NCBI GenBank assembly: GCA_963790825.1
Contig: CAWBPM010000002.1
Span: 618,815-682,814, forward strand
Source: Candidatus Levyibacteriota bacterium
Lineage (GTDB): Bacteria > Patescibacteriota > Microgenomatia > Levybacterales > UBA12049
Direction of reading: 5' to 3'
Length of the DNA: 64,000 nucleotides
Below the pieces are notes generated by a model that saw only the letters and a program-made list of their open reading frames with translations, was not told the DNA's origin and searched no databases. Of this stretch, positions 37,406 to 46,753 are shown piece after piece; the first letter of the stretch is position 1; each line of letters begins with the position of its first letter. Both the position numbers and the translations under genes were made by a program.

Positions 37406-39310
37406 CTAGTACAGTACTCTCAATCTAATCGTTCCCGAAACTCTGTGCAAATTTTCCATCACTTGTTTATCATATACTCTATCCACATCGGTTATGGCGT
37501 AACCGACTGTTTCATTGGTTTTCAAGTGCTGGCTCAAAATATTAATTTTCTGCTCTGCAAATACCGTATTTATCTTCGCCAAAACACCAGGAACATTACG
37601 ATGGATATGAAGTAAACGATGCGCATGGCGTAGAGGTGAAACATGGATTTGCGGCATAGTAACCGACAATGTCGTATCACCGGCGTTAATGTATTCCAGC
37701 AGTCGATGTGAAACAAAAGTTCCAATATTTTCCTGTGCTTCCTTAGTACTGCCACCAACGTGAGGAGTCAGGATGACATTCGGAAGTCCTTGCAAAGGAG
37801 AAACAAAAGGTTCCGATTTCCCTTTCGGCTCCAGAGGAAATACATCAATTGCCGCTCCCCCGACTTTTCCTGACCTCAGAGCAGCAACCAGCGCATTAAT
37901 TTCCACCACAAATCCCCGGCTGAGATTTAAAAATAACACGCCGCCTTGCATTTGTTTAAACTCTTTTTCACCAATCAGGTTTCTGTTTTTCGGGTCGCCG
38001 TCAACATGAATCGTCACAATATCCGAATGTTTCAAAACTTCTGCCATTGACGAACAGGCTATAGCATTCCCCAAAGCCAGCTTTTCCGACGTGTTATAAA
38101 ACAATACTTTCATACCTAACGATTCGGCGAGAACTGATAGTTGCGAGCCGATATTTCCATAGCCGATAATCCCCAAGGTCTTGCCTCTGACTTCCATACT
38201 CCCCAGTTCTGATTTATCCCAGATACCCAGGTGTAAATTCGCACTTTTTGGGAACGTTCCCCGAGCGAGCGCAATAATCTCACCTATTGTCAACTCAACA
38301 ACACTTCTGGTATTACTAAACGGCGCATTAAAAACTGCAATTCCTCTCTCCGCTGTAGAGGATAAATCAATCTGATCGGTGCCGATACAAAATGCGCCAA
38401 TTGCCATGAGATGTTTCGCCTTTTCAAGCAGGTTCTTTGTAATTTTGCTTCGTGAGCGGATCCCGAGAATTGACACATCTGAAATTTTCTCTGCTAATTC
38501 TGTCTCGGTTAAACTTCGTTCAAAGAATTCCACAGCAAAACCTTCTCTTTCAAAAGCAGTGATTGCTTTTTGGTTCACTTTTTCTAGTAACAATACCAGC
38601 ATCCGGTTTTTCGGATATGATAATGCTTGAGGCAGATGATAAATATATAAAAATTCGTCAAAATTCGGAATCGCATAATCTGCTTTGATAGTCACTGCTT
38701 CGCGAAAAACGTTTTCAGTAAAAGCGATAAATTTCGCTTGAGGCAACTTTTTTTTTATTTCATAATCTGTATACCCATCACCGATAATAAATATATCTCC
38801 CTTTAACCCTAACGACTTGACCGCTTTCACTTTCCCGCCTTTTTGGCTGAGTGGATTTTTCTTATCTATTCCCAGTGCGTTCCCTTTTTTGTCAAACAAA
38901 AATTGGTTCGCAAGGACGTGTTCTTTGGGTATCCCGAATTCCGAAACAATCGGTAAAATAAACTCCCTAAATCCCCCGGAGATCAGGTAAATCTGTTTTT
39001 TATACGCTTTGAAAAACTGCTTATTCCGCGCAATCGATGGCGTTACTTTTTTCTTAAGTCGCTTGGCAACAATTGCCAAATCTGCTTGTGTAATTGGTAA
39101 TAGTTTCAGGCGTTTTTTCAAACTTTCCGCAAAAGATATTTTTCCTTCCATCCCTAAATCGGTAATCTCTTTAATTTTTTCAAGAATTTTTTCCCGATTG
39201 GGGTTCTTTTGCAAAACCACAGCAGCCAATTCTTCGAGACCCTCACATTGAATAAATGTGCTGTCAAAATCGATAATAAAGTAACTGTTCTGTTGTGTTT
39301 CTGCCTGCAT
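37406..39310 (-). CDS. serA: fused phosphoserine phosphatase (HAD) / D-3-phosphoglycerate dehydrogenase + ACT
   Basis: N-terminal DFDST, SGGF, GDGYTD; then GIRSR, FCIGTDQ, NAPFSNTRSVVEL, GYGNIG, TPHVGGST, HRNVPGVL. Confidence 0.95.
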   Translation of the reverse strand: MQAETQQNSYFIIDFDSTFIQCEGLEELAAVVLQKNPNREKILEKIKEITDLGMEGKISFAESLKKRLKLLPITQADLAIVAKRLKKKVTPSIARNKQFFKAYKKQIYLISGGFREFILPIVSEFGIPKEHVLANQFLFDKKGNALGIDKKNPLSQKGGKVKAVKSLGLKGDIFIIGDGYTDYEIKKKLPQAKFIAFTENVFREAVTIKADYAIPNFDEFLYIYHLPQALSYPKNRMLVLLLEKVNQKAITAFEREGFAVEFFERSLTETELAEKISDVSILGIRSRSKITKNLLEKAKHLMAIGAFCIGTDQIDLSSTAERGIAVFNAPFSNTRSVVELTIGEIIALARGTFPKSANLHLGIWDKSELGSMEVRGKTLGIIGYGNIGSQLSVLAESLGMKVLFYNTSEKLALGNAIACSSMAEVLKHSDIVTIHVDGDPKNRNLIGEKEFKQMQGGVLFLNLSRGFVVEINALVAALRSGKVGGAAIDVFPLEPKGKSEPFVSPLQGLPNVILTPHVGGSTKEAQENIGTFVSHRLLEYINAGDTTLSVTMPQIHVSPLRHAHRLLHIHRNVPGVLAKINTVFAEQKINILSQHLKTNETVGYAITDVDRVYDKQVMENLHRVSGTIRLRVLY

Positions 39311-39397
39311 GTTTCAGAGCATTATAGCAGGAGAAAGAAAAAGTAAAAAGCAATACTTTAAAGACAATCATTCATTATTGTAACGTATAAAACTGTC

Positions 39398-39580
39398 TGT
39401 CATTCTGGAGTGGATGCAATCCATAATAGAATCCCTTACAAATAATATGTCATCGCGAGCCACGTTCAGTTTACATGAACGTGGCGTGGCGATCTTCTGC
39501 CTAGATTGCTTCTTCTTCGGTAAGTTATAACACTGAGCGAAGCCGAGGTGCTCAGTGTCATGACCTGCCGAATCACGACG
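39398..39580. repeat. cluster of GTCAT-type REP-like palindromes
   Basis: GTCATTCTG...AGAATCCC; GTCATCGCGAGCCACGTTCA...TGAACGTGGCGTGGCGATCT...AGATTGCTTC; ACACTGAGC...GCTCAGTGT hairpin. Confidence 0.6.
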
Positions 39581-39604
39581 TGGGACTTTTTACGATAACA
39601 ACAT

Positions 39605-41311
39605 TTACTGTAAGATTCCGTTGTTTGTCATTACTTGGTATATTTGCTTGGTCGAATCTGCCGGAAAAATTTGGAACGAACGTTGAATGTCTAAAAGCGC
39701 GCTGTTTTTATCGCCTAACTCGTACCGGGCAATTCCTCGCTCTATTAAAATTTTTGGGTCATCAGGGTTTTCTTTCAAAGTGCTATTCGTAAAACTCAGC
39801 GCTTTTTTATAATCATGCGCTAATAAATATACTCTCCCCAAATTTTCCGAAGCATCGATAAGATTCCCTTTATTTACAACGTAGAGATAATATTTTTCTG
39901 CTTGTGTATAATCTTTTTTCTTTTCGTAATATATGCCGATATTATCCCAAGCCGTCCACCAATTCGGATTAAATTGTATTGCTTTTTTAAAATGCGCCAG
40001 CGCTTGGTCACTATTTCTTGCAAATAATTCACTCCCCAGATTATTTTCGAGTATAAAATTTCCCCCGGTAAATTGTATATCATGCGAGTATAAAGTAAAA
40101 GCATCCGCATAATCTGCATTTCTTATCATAGTCTGAATACCAAGAGTCAAAAACACGACAGTAAAGAGAGCCAGTAAGACCGCTTCATGCCGTTTAATGA
40201 ATGTTTTGTACTTTTCCCCGACTACGCCAATCATTCCCAGCATGCCGATAAAGGAAAAGCTAAACCATCGTTCTGCAACAGTTTGATCGAGAGGAAAAAT
40301 TTGTATATGAAATAAGATTCCCATAAAGTACCAGACCGCAAAAAAGAGAAACAGATTTTTGAAATGATTCTTGGCTTTTACTAAAACAATGTAGATAAAT
40401 ACTACGATACAAACAAAAACAATATCCAGAATAAGCGGCAGATAAAAATCCTGTATATTTGGAGATTTAATAATCCACTCAGGAGCAAGATACGTAGCAT
40501 GGGGTAAAAAAAATGAAGAAATGTAATACCAGCCTATTTTAGGCATGGAGATTACACGTATACTAAGCGGTATACTTTGCATAAGAGATTGGGCTATATA
40601 GGTTGCGTGTTGTGTACTTGCGGATATCCGCATAAAAACATAAACAATTACTGCTCCTGAAACAAATGCAAGATTTATCAGTCTTTCTTTTATTCGTTTA
40701 CTGATAAAAAGATACGAATAAAATAATGTCACGAAGATGAAAAGCGCGCCTGTTTCTTTTGACATAAGAGAAAGGGTAAACAGTAAAGCGGCCAGTAGTT
40801 TTTTTCTATAACCTGCCGGCTTTTGTGTAAATAAAAGAAGTCCGCTGATACCAAAGAAAAAATATAAAACATCTTGTGCCACTGCAATATACACGGTTGC
40901 CTCTTGATTCATTAGATGTACAAGAAATATAAGCGAGGACAATAACGATATTTTTTTAGCAAAAAATCTCGATAATAAGAGAAATATTAAATAGCCGTTA
41001 CAAACCTGAAGAGTGATCATGGGAAATCTGAAGAATAATGGCGTGATGCCAAAAATAGATTTAATAATTGAAAAATAAAAAAAAGGGAAGGGTCTGTAAT
41101 ATTGACCTAAAAAAGTATGGCTATGGGTGAGATCTACCTGTGACTGAAAAAATGTAATAAAAGAATGCGGGAATAAGGGAATTATTTGCAGGTTGTAAAT
41201 TTCCGAATCGTCTCCGACAAGTCCGTTAAAAAAAGCGTTCGCGTAAACGATGATCCCAACTATAAAAAGAATGAGAAAAGCCGTACGGTTTGTAATCTTT
41301 AACCATTTCAT
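39605..41311 (-). CDS. TMTC-like GT-C membrane glycosyltransferase with C-terminal TPRs
   Basis: YANAFFNGLVGDD, YYRP, FLVH...EAT, SKETG, VAERW, TPR motifs (NNLG, AWDNIG). Confidence 0.85.
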   Translation of the reverse strand: MKWLKITNRTAFLILFIVGIIVYANAFFNGLVGDDSEIYNLQIIPLFPHSFITFFQSQVDLTHSHTFLGQYYRPFPFFYFSIIKSIFGITPLFFRFPMITLQVCNGYLIFLLLSRFFAKKISLLSSLIFLVHLMNQEATVYIAVAQDVLYFFFGISGLLLFTQKPAGYRKKLLAALLFTLSLMSKETGALFIFVTLFYSYLFISKRIKERLINLAFVSGAVIVYVFMRISASTQHATYIAQSLMQSIPLSIRVISMPKIGWYYISSFFLPHATYLAPEWIIKSPNIQDFYLPLILDIVFVCIVVFIYIVLVKAKNHFKNLFLFFAVWYFMGILFHIQIFPLDQTVAERWFSFSFIGMLGMIGVVGEKYKTFIKRHEAVLLALFTVVFLTLGIQTMIRNADYADAFTLYSHDIQFTGGNFILENNLGSELFARNSDQALAHFKKAIQFNPNWWTAWDNIGIYYEKKKDYTQAEKYYLYVVNKGNLIDASENLGRVYLLAHDYKKALSFTNSTLKENPDDPKILIERGIARYELGDKNSALLDIQRSFQIFPADSTKQIYQVMTNNGILQ

Positions 41312-41452
41312 TTAGTCTACTATAGCAAAAAATATAGAGAAGGATACAATTAACAAGCTGAAAATACTAGGTTGTAAGCTACTCTTTGGATTTTATAAGG
41401 AAACTTTTATGGCTTGACACTGCGTCTCTTTTAGTTATATTATCATGTTCAT

Positions 41453-41659
41453 ATGACCACCACTGATGTAACACAAATCTCAGAGTTACTTGACCAAAAA
41501 CTTGAACCTATACATCAAGAATTAAAACAACATAGAAAAATGCTTAAATCGCTTAAGAAAGACCAGGATACAATGTTAGATATGCTTGATAAAGAACAAA
41601 TGGATCAAAGAAGAAGATTGAAACGAGTTGAAGAACATCTCGCTATTACTCCATCTTAA
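41453..41659 (+). CDS. small coiled-coil protein
   Basis: LLDQKLEPI...RLKRVEEHL; TTGACA promoter upstream. Confidence 0.7.
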   Translation: MTTTDVTQISELLDQKLEPIHQELKQHRKMLKSLKKDQDTMLDMLDKEQMDQRRRLKRVEEHLAITPS

Positions 41660-41726
41660 CTCTCCTCTCCGATAAGTTAAAATTGGCTCTTGTGACTATG
41701 TCGGAACTTTTTATAGTCACAGATTG

Positions 41727-42251
41727 TTATTCGTTTAAATGAAATGTTTTAATTATTTTAGCTGGGGTCAGGCCGTCCCCTTTGATAAGAGAAATATTGT
41801 CGAAATTAGAGGTTATATGGATATTCATTCTTTCTGCTTCTCCGTAACCTTTTTCAAATAATTCTTTGTTAAAAACATTATTCTCTTTTCCAAAATAGCC
41901 AAGCGTTATATGAGGGCTAAATGGAATATCAGTTTGGAGATACGGAGCTAATATTCCAGAATACAATTTCTCATGCAGATTAACTATTTCTTCATCCCCT
42001 TCTTTAACTTGAAGAAAAAGATAGTCGTCAAAAGATTTTATTAAACCGCTTAAAACAATTGGGAAAGGTTTTACTTCTTTGCTAATCCTTTCAACATGCT
42101 CAGCAAGTTGGTTTTCAGAGATATCTGATACAGGAAAAACTATTGTTATATGCGGAGGAATTATCTTCCAACCAGGATCATATTTTCTCCTAAACTTATC
42201 AATCGCATTTGAATTTATTTTTGGAAAATATACTACAGCGAGTTGTTGCAC
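41727..42251 (-). CDS. 2H phosphoesterase (2'-5' RNA ligase family)
   Basis: Two HxT motifs, PHITI and PHITL. Confidence 0.9.
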   Translation of the reverse strand: MQQLAVVYFPKINSNAIDKFRRKYDPGWKIIPPHITIVFPVSDISENQLAEHVERISKEVKPFPIVLSGLIKSFDDYLFLQVKEGDEEIVNLHEKLYSGILAPYLQTDIPFSPHITLGYFGKENNVFNKELFEKGYGEAERMNIHITSNFDNISLIKGDGLTPAKIIKTFHLNE

Positions 42252-42430
42252 TCATACAGTATAGCAAAAGTTCAAATCTGAGTTGGAGCTTTTACTGGCA
42301 AGCCTGGGTTCGAACAAAGCAGGAGGCCACTATCTTTCCGAATCCAAAAACGTACACTTGTACCCATTTGATTCGCCCTTTTCTTCAGCTACTACTTTTT
42401 AAAATATGTTATGCTATAGAGAGTTACCCT

Positions 42431-43834
42431 ATGAAATATATTGTCTTTACTTTTGACGGATCAGGCACTCCTGTTGCTCAGCATCTGCAGATGGAAGGCC
42501 AGGATGTAGTACTGGCTCTAGTCCAGAGTATGAGTAGCCTAGCCGCTCCGGGTGATGATATCTATATGGAGGGACGAAAAGATAAGGAGGGTCGTCTTTC
42601 TGTGTTTGACGGTATTGTGAAGAAAAAATCAGCAGAAGAACTTCTGAAAGAAATGAAAACATATAAGAATCCTCAGGATTATTTCGTATTTTTTGACACG
42701 AATGGATTATATGCACTTGCGGAACAAATCAAAGACTTAGGTTTCCATGGTAATTTCCCAACTCACGAGGACTATTTATATGAAATGGATCGAGATAAAG
42801 CCAAAGAATTTGTCAAAAAATACTACTCCAAATTACATATTGCCCGGAAGAAAGAATTCGCCAAAGTCGCTGACGCGAAAAAATTCTTAGCGAATACCGA
42901 TGAGGTCTGGGTGTTAAAAGCGAACAGTGAGTCGTTAACTGCTTTTGTGCCCAGTGTTGATGATCCGATTCTAGCCTCCCATGCGGTAATTGAAGTTTTA
43001 GATAAAGACGCAGCTTCTTATGAGTCTGAAGGATTCATCCTGGAAGTACTTATCCCCTCTGTTATGGAAGTTACTCCCGAAAAAATATATTATGACGGTG
43101 AACCGGTCGCTACATGTATAGATATTGAGAACAAACCAATTGGCAGTGGAAATATTTCTGTTCAAACCGGCTGTGCTGCGGATCTTGTTTTCCCTATTGC
43201 TATGGAAGAGAGGATTAATCAGATTGCCTTTCCGCCGATTGTTGATGAACTGGCTAAAAAGCATAAAGGGTTATTTTACTGGGATGCGTCAATTTTAATT
43301 AATAAAAGAGACGGAAAAATGTATTTTGGCGAATTCTGCCCTAACAGACCGGGGTACAATGCTATCTTTACTGAATTTGCCCAGTGCGGTAGTGTGCATG
43401 AATATTTCGAAAATATAGTCCAGAAAAAAAATCCATTTACTTTAGGGACTGTCGCGTCCTCTATTAAAATATTTAATTTACACAGGGATAATGATACCCA
43501 ACAAATACTCGGCGGACTAACAGTCGATTTCGCGCCGGAGGTTGAAAAGGATATTTGGTTATGGGATGCAAAGAAAAAAGGAAAAAAACTTGTCAATACC
43601 GGTTATGGCGATATTATCGCTGTTATTACCGGATCTGGAACATCTGTTGAAGAAGCAGTCAATAGAATGTATCGAAATTTAGAAAAATTTTCTTTCCTCG
43701 ACGCGTATTATCGTCCGAAAGCGGATTTTCTGTCGCTTGGATATTCGACTTCTATTCTCAATCGCCTCAATTACGGTATGGATCGGGGATTATATCAAAT
43801 ACCATTTAATGTAAAAGTTGGAGATATCCTGTAA
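42431..43834 (+). CDS. stand-alone PurD(GARS)-like ATP-grasp ligase
   Basis: YEMDRDKAK, WVLKA, FILEV, IENKPIGSGNISVQTG, GEFCPNRPGY, YYR parallel the PurD motifs; ATG at 42431. Confidence 0.75.
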   Translation: MKYIVFTFDGSGTPVAQHLQMEGQDVVLALVQSMSSLAAPGDDIYMEGRKDKEGRLSVFDGIVKKKSAEELLKEMKTYKNPQDYFVFFDTNGLYALAEQIKDLGFHGNFPTHEDYLYEMDRDKAKEFVKKYYSKLHIARKKEFAKVADAKKFLANTDEVWVLKANSESLTAFVPSVDDPILASHAVIEVLDKDAASYESEGFILEVLIPSVMEVTPEKIYYDGEPVATCIDIENKPIGSGNISVQTGCAADLVFPIAMEERINQIAFPPIVDELAKKHKGLFYWDASILINKRDGKMYFGEFCPNRPGYNAIFTEFAQCGSVHEYFENIVQKKNPFTLGTVASSIKIFNLHRDNDTQQILGGLTVDFAPEVEKDIWLWDAKKKGKKLVNTGYGDIIAVITGSGTSVEEAVNRMYRNLEKFSFLDAYYRPKADFLSLGYSTSILNRLNYGMDRGLYQIPFNVKVGDIL

Positions 43835-43847
43835 AATTCTTAACCGT

Positions 43848-44285
43848 TTATCTTACTTTCCAACGTTTTGTTTGTTTTTTAACTTCTTTATTTTTTTTAG
43901 AATTTACTTTTACTTTTGCACTATAGATAGCTTTTTGACACTCTTTCCAATCCATTCCCATATTCTCAATAAAGTGTTTCTCTATTGTATTGGCCATGCG
44001 ATGATATTTACGATACAGCTTATATTCCTTCTTGTGTTTTTCTGAAGCTTCATAATCAGTATCAAACGCGTCAATCATCTCTACCGGAATCCCGGCCGAT
44101 CTGATTAAGCTGTACTCAATAAATTCATGCAGCATAATACCATTGTTGATAATGGGATTTTCCATATCGTAAGAGATAATTGTTGTGTCAAAGTAGTCTC
44201 CCACGTCATCATAACGCATCGACTTAAATATTTTAAACTTAAGCTTAGAGTAATCTATCAGTTTGTCCAGAATTTTCTGTTTCAT
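43848..44285 (-). CDS. small HExxE...H putative metalloprotein
   Basis: RYDDVGDY, LHEFIEY, IDAFD, YRKYHRMANTIE; convergent with the ATP-grasp gene. Confidence 0.7.
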   Translation of the reverse strand: MKQKILDKLIDYSKLKFKIFKSMRYDDVGDYFDTTIISYDMENPIINNGIMLHEFIEYSLIRSAGIPVEMIDAFDTDYEASEKHKKEYKLYRKYHRMANTIEKHFIENMGMDWKECQKAIYSAKVKVNSKKNKEVKKQTKRWKVR

Positions 44286-44444
44286 AGACAGTAATTATAG
44301 CGCAATAACAGCCTTTAGTAAAGTACGGAAACCTGAGGCTAAAAAGGAGAACAAGGTATTAATTTGAACATAAACTATACTCACATCTCGACGACACCTA
44401 TCATTCTGTAAGCTTATAGTTTAGGAAATTTTTATAAGAATATT

Positions 44445-44939
44445 TTATTTTCTCAGGTCTAAAAACGTATACTTGTACCCGTTTGATTCGCCCTTTTCTT
44501 CATACGCGATTTTTGTAAATATCTTTTTATATTCCGGGAAAAAGGCGTCGCCATTGATCGTCGTATGGACAATCGTTAAATAGAGTTTATCGGCAAACGT
44601 AATTGCCTGCTTAAAAATCTGTCCGCCGCCGATGATGAAAATCTCCTGTTTTTCATAATGCCAGGCGATTTCAATTGCCTGTTCTAAAGAATTTGCCGTT
44701 GTCGTATCCGCGTTTCCGACAAATAACCCAGATGTGTGCGTAATAATAATATTTGTTCGCCTTGGGAGAGCTTTTCCGATCGATTCATACGTTTTCCGTC
44801 CCATGATAACGACATGGCCGGAAGTAAGTTTTTTAAAACGTTTCAAATCCTCAGGAATATGCCAGGGAAGTTTATTCTCTTTCCCTATCACCCGGTTTTC
44901 AGAAAGTGCTGCAATAAGACTAATTTTCGGCGTATTCAT
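44445..44939 (-). CDS. folA: dihydrofolate reductase
   Basis: IGKENKLPWHIPEDLKRFK, IMGRKTYESI, LPRR, IIGGGQIF, GDAFFP. Confidence 0.97.
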   Translation of the reverse strand: MNTPKISLIAALSENRVIGKENKLPWHIPEDLKRFKKLTSGHVVIMGRKTYESIGKALPRRTNIIITHTSGLFVGNADTTTANSLEQAIEIAWHYEKQEIFIIGGGQIFKQAITFADKLYLTIVHTTINGDAFFPEYKKIFTKIAYEEKGESNGYKYTFLDLRK

Positions 44940-44961
44940 TTTTATATATTGCTTAATTTTG

Positions 44962-45099
44962 CGTTTGCTTAGTGTTTTTTCGCAATGACGAATGTTACAC
45001 CCTGCCTGCTAGATAACAAATAAAGGTACGAGTTATATAGGCACCCAGTTTTTTATTTGTTCTCAAGAACCGGTCATAAGAAAAAATACTGAGCAAACG
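44962..45099 (+). repeat. long hairpin element copy C (GCA/AA family)
   Basis: Arms CGTTTGCTTAGTGTTTTTTC and GAAAAAATACTGAGCAAACG; inner GCA-ATGAC...GTCAT-AA. Confidence 0.8.
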
Positions 45100-45140
45100 T
45101 ATCTAGTTTTGTTCTTACCCTTGTATTTTAACACAGAATA

Positions 45141-45839
45141 TTGTACTATTCTTCCGAGGTATTTACTACATTTAATATAGAATCGTTTAATTCTTCATCT
45201 CAATTTTCTAACCCCGATTTAATCGGGACTCATTCTAAACAAAACGCACCACCGCCATTGCGCGTTTTGATCGTGGATAACTATTCAGAACAGCTTGATC
45301 ACCTGCATCAATTATTAGCAGGACACAGCCTGGAAGTGGTCACGGCAGCCCACGTCTCTTCCGAGAAAGCTTCAGAAAAAGATCTTATCATACTTTCAGG
45401 CGGAGGAAAATATTCCGTTGCGAAATATGCTAATACAGTTTACCGAAAAGAAATCGATTTAGTCAAAAACGAAACAGTCGATGTCCCGATTCTAGGAATT
45501 TGCCTGGGTCTGCAAATAATTGCCTATGCATATGGATCATTACTCATACCGCTTCCTAAGAAACGAAAAGAGACTATTACTATAACTATGGAACAAAATG
45601 AACCGATTAGCGGTAATCGAACAGAAGCTAAAGTTTATGAATGTCATCGCTGGGCCGTAGGTCTAACTGGAAATGAATTAGAGATACTTGCCACTTCCGA
45701 AGACGGAGTGGAAATTGTCAGACATAGCCAAAGATTGACGTATGGTGTACAATTCCATCCAGAAACCACTGCGAAGAGTGCAGATGGCAAAATAATTTTT
45801 GACAACTTTTTACAGATGATTCCGAGAAGAGCTATATAA
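45141..45839 (+). CDS. class I glutamine amidotransferase-fold protein (GuaA-N/TrpG/peptidase C26-like)
   Basis: LIVDNY, ILSGG, LGICLGLQ nucleophile, GVQFHPE; the true start may be TTG 45258. Confidence 0.88.
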   Translation: MYYSSEVFTTFNIESFNSSSQFSNPDLIGTHSKQNAPPPLRVLIVDNYSEQLDHLHQLLAGHSLEVVTAAHVSSEKASEKDLIILSGGGKYSVAKYANTVYRKEIDLVKNETVDVPILGICLGLQIIAYAYGSLLIPLPKKRKETITITMEQNEPISGNRTEAKVYECHRWAVGLTGNELEILATSEDGVEIVRHSQRLTYGVQFHPETTAKSADGKIIFDNFLQMIPRRAI

Positions 45840-45887
45840 TAATTAAAAGAGGGTAAGCGAGGAATGAATTTACTTAATAAAAGAGCG

Positions 45888-45949
45888 CGAAGTGTTTCAT
45901 TTTCGCAGAATGTAAGCGAACTGCGTATTCAAGAAAATGGAATACTTCG
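45888..45949 (+). repeat. hairpin element copy D (minimal GCA/AA family member)
   Basis: Arms CGAAGTGTTTCATTTTC and GAAAATGGAATACTTCG; inner GCA-GAAT...ATTC-AA. Confidence 0.75.
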
Positions 45950-45997
45950 TGATATTTTAATTTATTGTTCCAAGCGAATTTTCAAACTCTAAATTAT

Positions 45998-46750
45998 ATG
46001 CAAGTTACACCGTATAAAACGAAAAAAGTTCGGGTCGGAGACGATTTATACCAGATTCTGGATCGTTATTTGCCAGATCTTCACGAAAAAGACGTCGTCG
46101 TCATTACTTCCAAAATCGTGGCTATTTGCCAAGGACGAGTGGTGAAAAATGATGGTAGTATCAATAAGCTTGACCTCATGAGAAAAGAAGCTCAATTGTA
46201 TTTACCTGAACGACATATTCGTCATGGTATCCATCTGACTATTACTCACGATTTATTTATCGCCAGCGCCGGCATTGACGAATCCAACGGCAACGGCTAC
46301 TTTATTCTCTGGCCGAAAGATATTGAAAAAACAGTGAACGAGATTTGGCGTTATCTACGCCGTAAACATGAGTTAAGACACTTAGGTGTAATCATCACCG
46401 ACAGTCATTTATCACCACTTCGAAGAGGAATTACCGGACTCGGAATTGGCTGGTGTGGATTTCAAGCATTGACCGACTATATCGGTAAACCCGATATTTT
46501 CGGCAGACTGTTAAAATTTACCATGACCAACCTACTCGATGGATTGGCTGCTTCAGCAGTTTTGCTGATGGGAGAAGGATTTGAGCAAACACCTTTATCG
46601 GTTATTTCAGGTACGCCGTTTCTTCAGTTTCAAAATCGCGTCCCGACGAAGAAAGAATTGGCTTTTATGAAAATAGCAATAGCAGATGATGTTTTCGGCG
46701 GATTAATCGACAGTGTTCGGTGGTCCAAAGGCGGTCAGTACGAAAAATAA
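45998..46750 (+). CDS. CofE-like gamma-glutamyl ligase (putative folate polyglutamate ligase, FolC2-type)
   Basis: VVITSKIVAICQGR, SAGIDESN, GVIITDSH..PLRRG, DYIGKPDIFGR, MGEG.EQTP. Confidence 0.88.
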   Translation: MQVTPYKTKKVRVGDDLYQILDRYLPDLHEKDVVVITSKIVAICQGRVVKNDGSINKLDLMRKEAQLYLPERHIRHGIHLTITHDLFIASAGIDESNGNGYFILWPKDIEKTVNEIWRYLRRKHELRHLGVIITDSHLSPLRRGITGLGIGWCGFQALTDYIGKPDIFGRLLKFTMTNLLDGLAASAVLLMGEGFEQTPLSVISGTPFLQFQNRVPTKKELAFMKIAIADDVFGGLIDSVRWSKGGQYEK

Positions 46751-46753
46751 CAC

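Noticed and set aside
42290-42330. GGTTCGAA T-loop-like motif suggesting a tRNA
   Set aside because: No T-stem, acceptor stem or cloverleaf can be built.
42209-42430. 74-codon N-terminal extension of the ATP-grasp ORF
   Set aside because: Overlaps the divergent gene and promoter region; ATG 42431 gives a sensible N-terminus.
45998-46750. Coenzyme F420 biosynthesis
   Set aside because: No other cof/fbi genes are present; the folA/thyA context favours a folate role.
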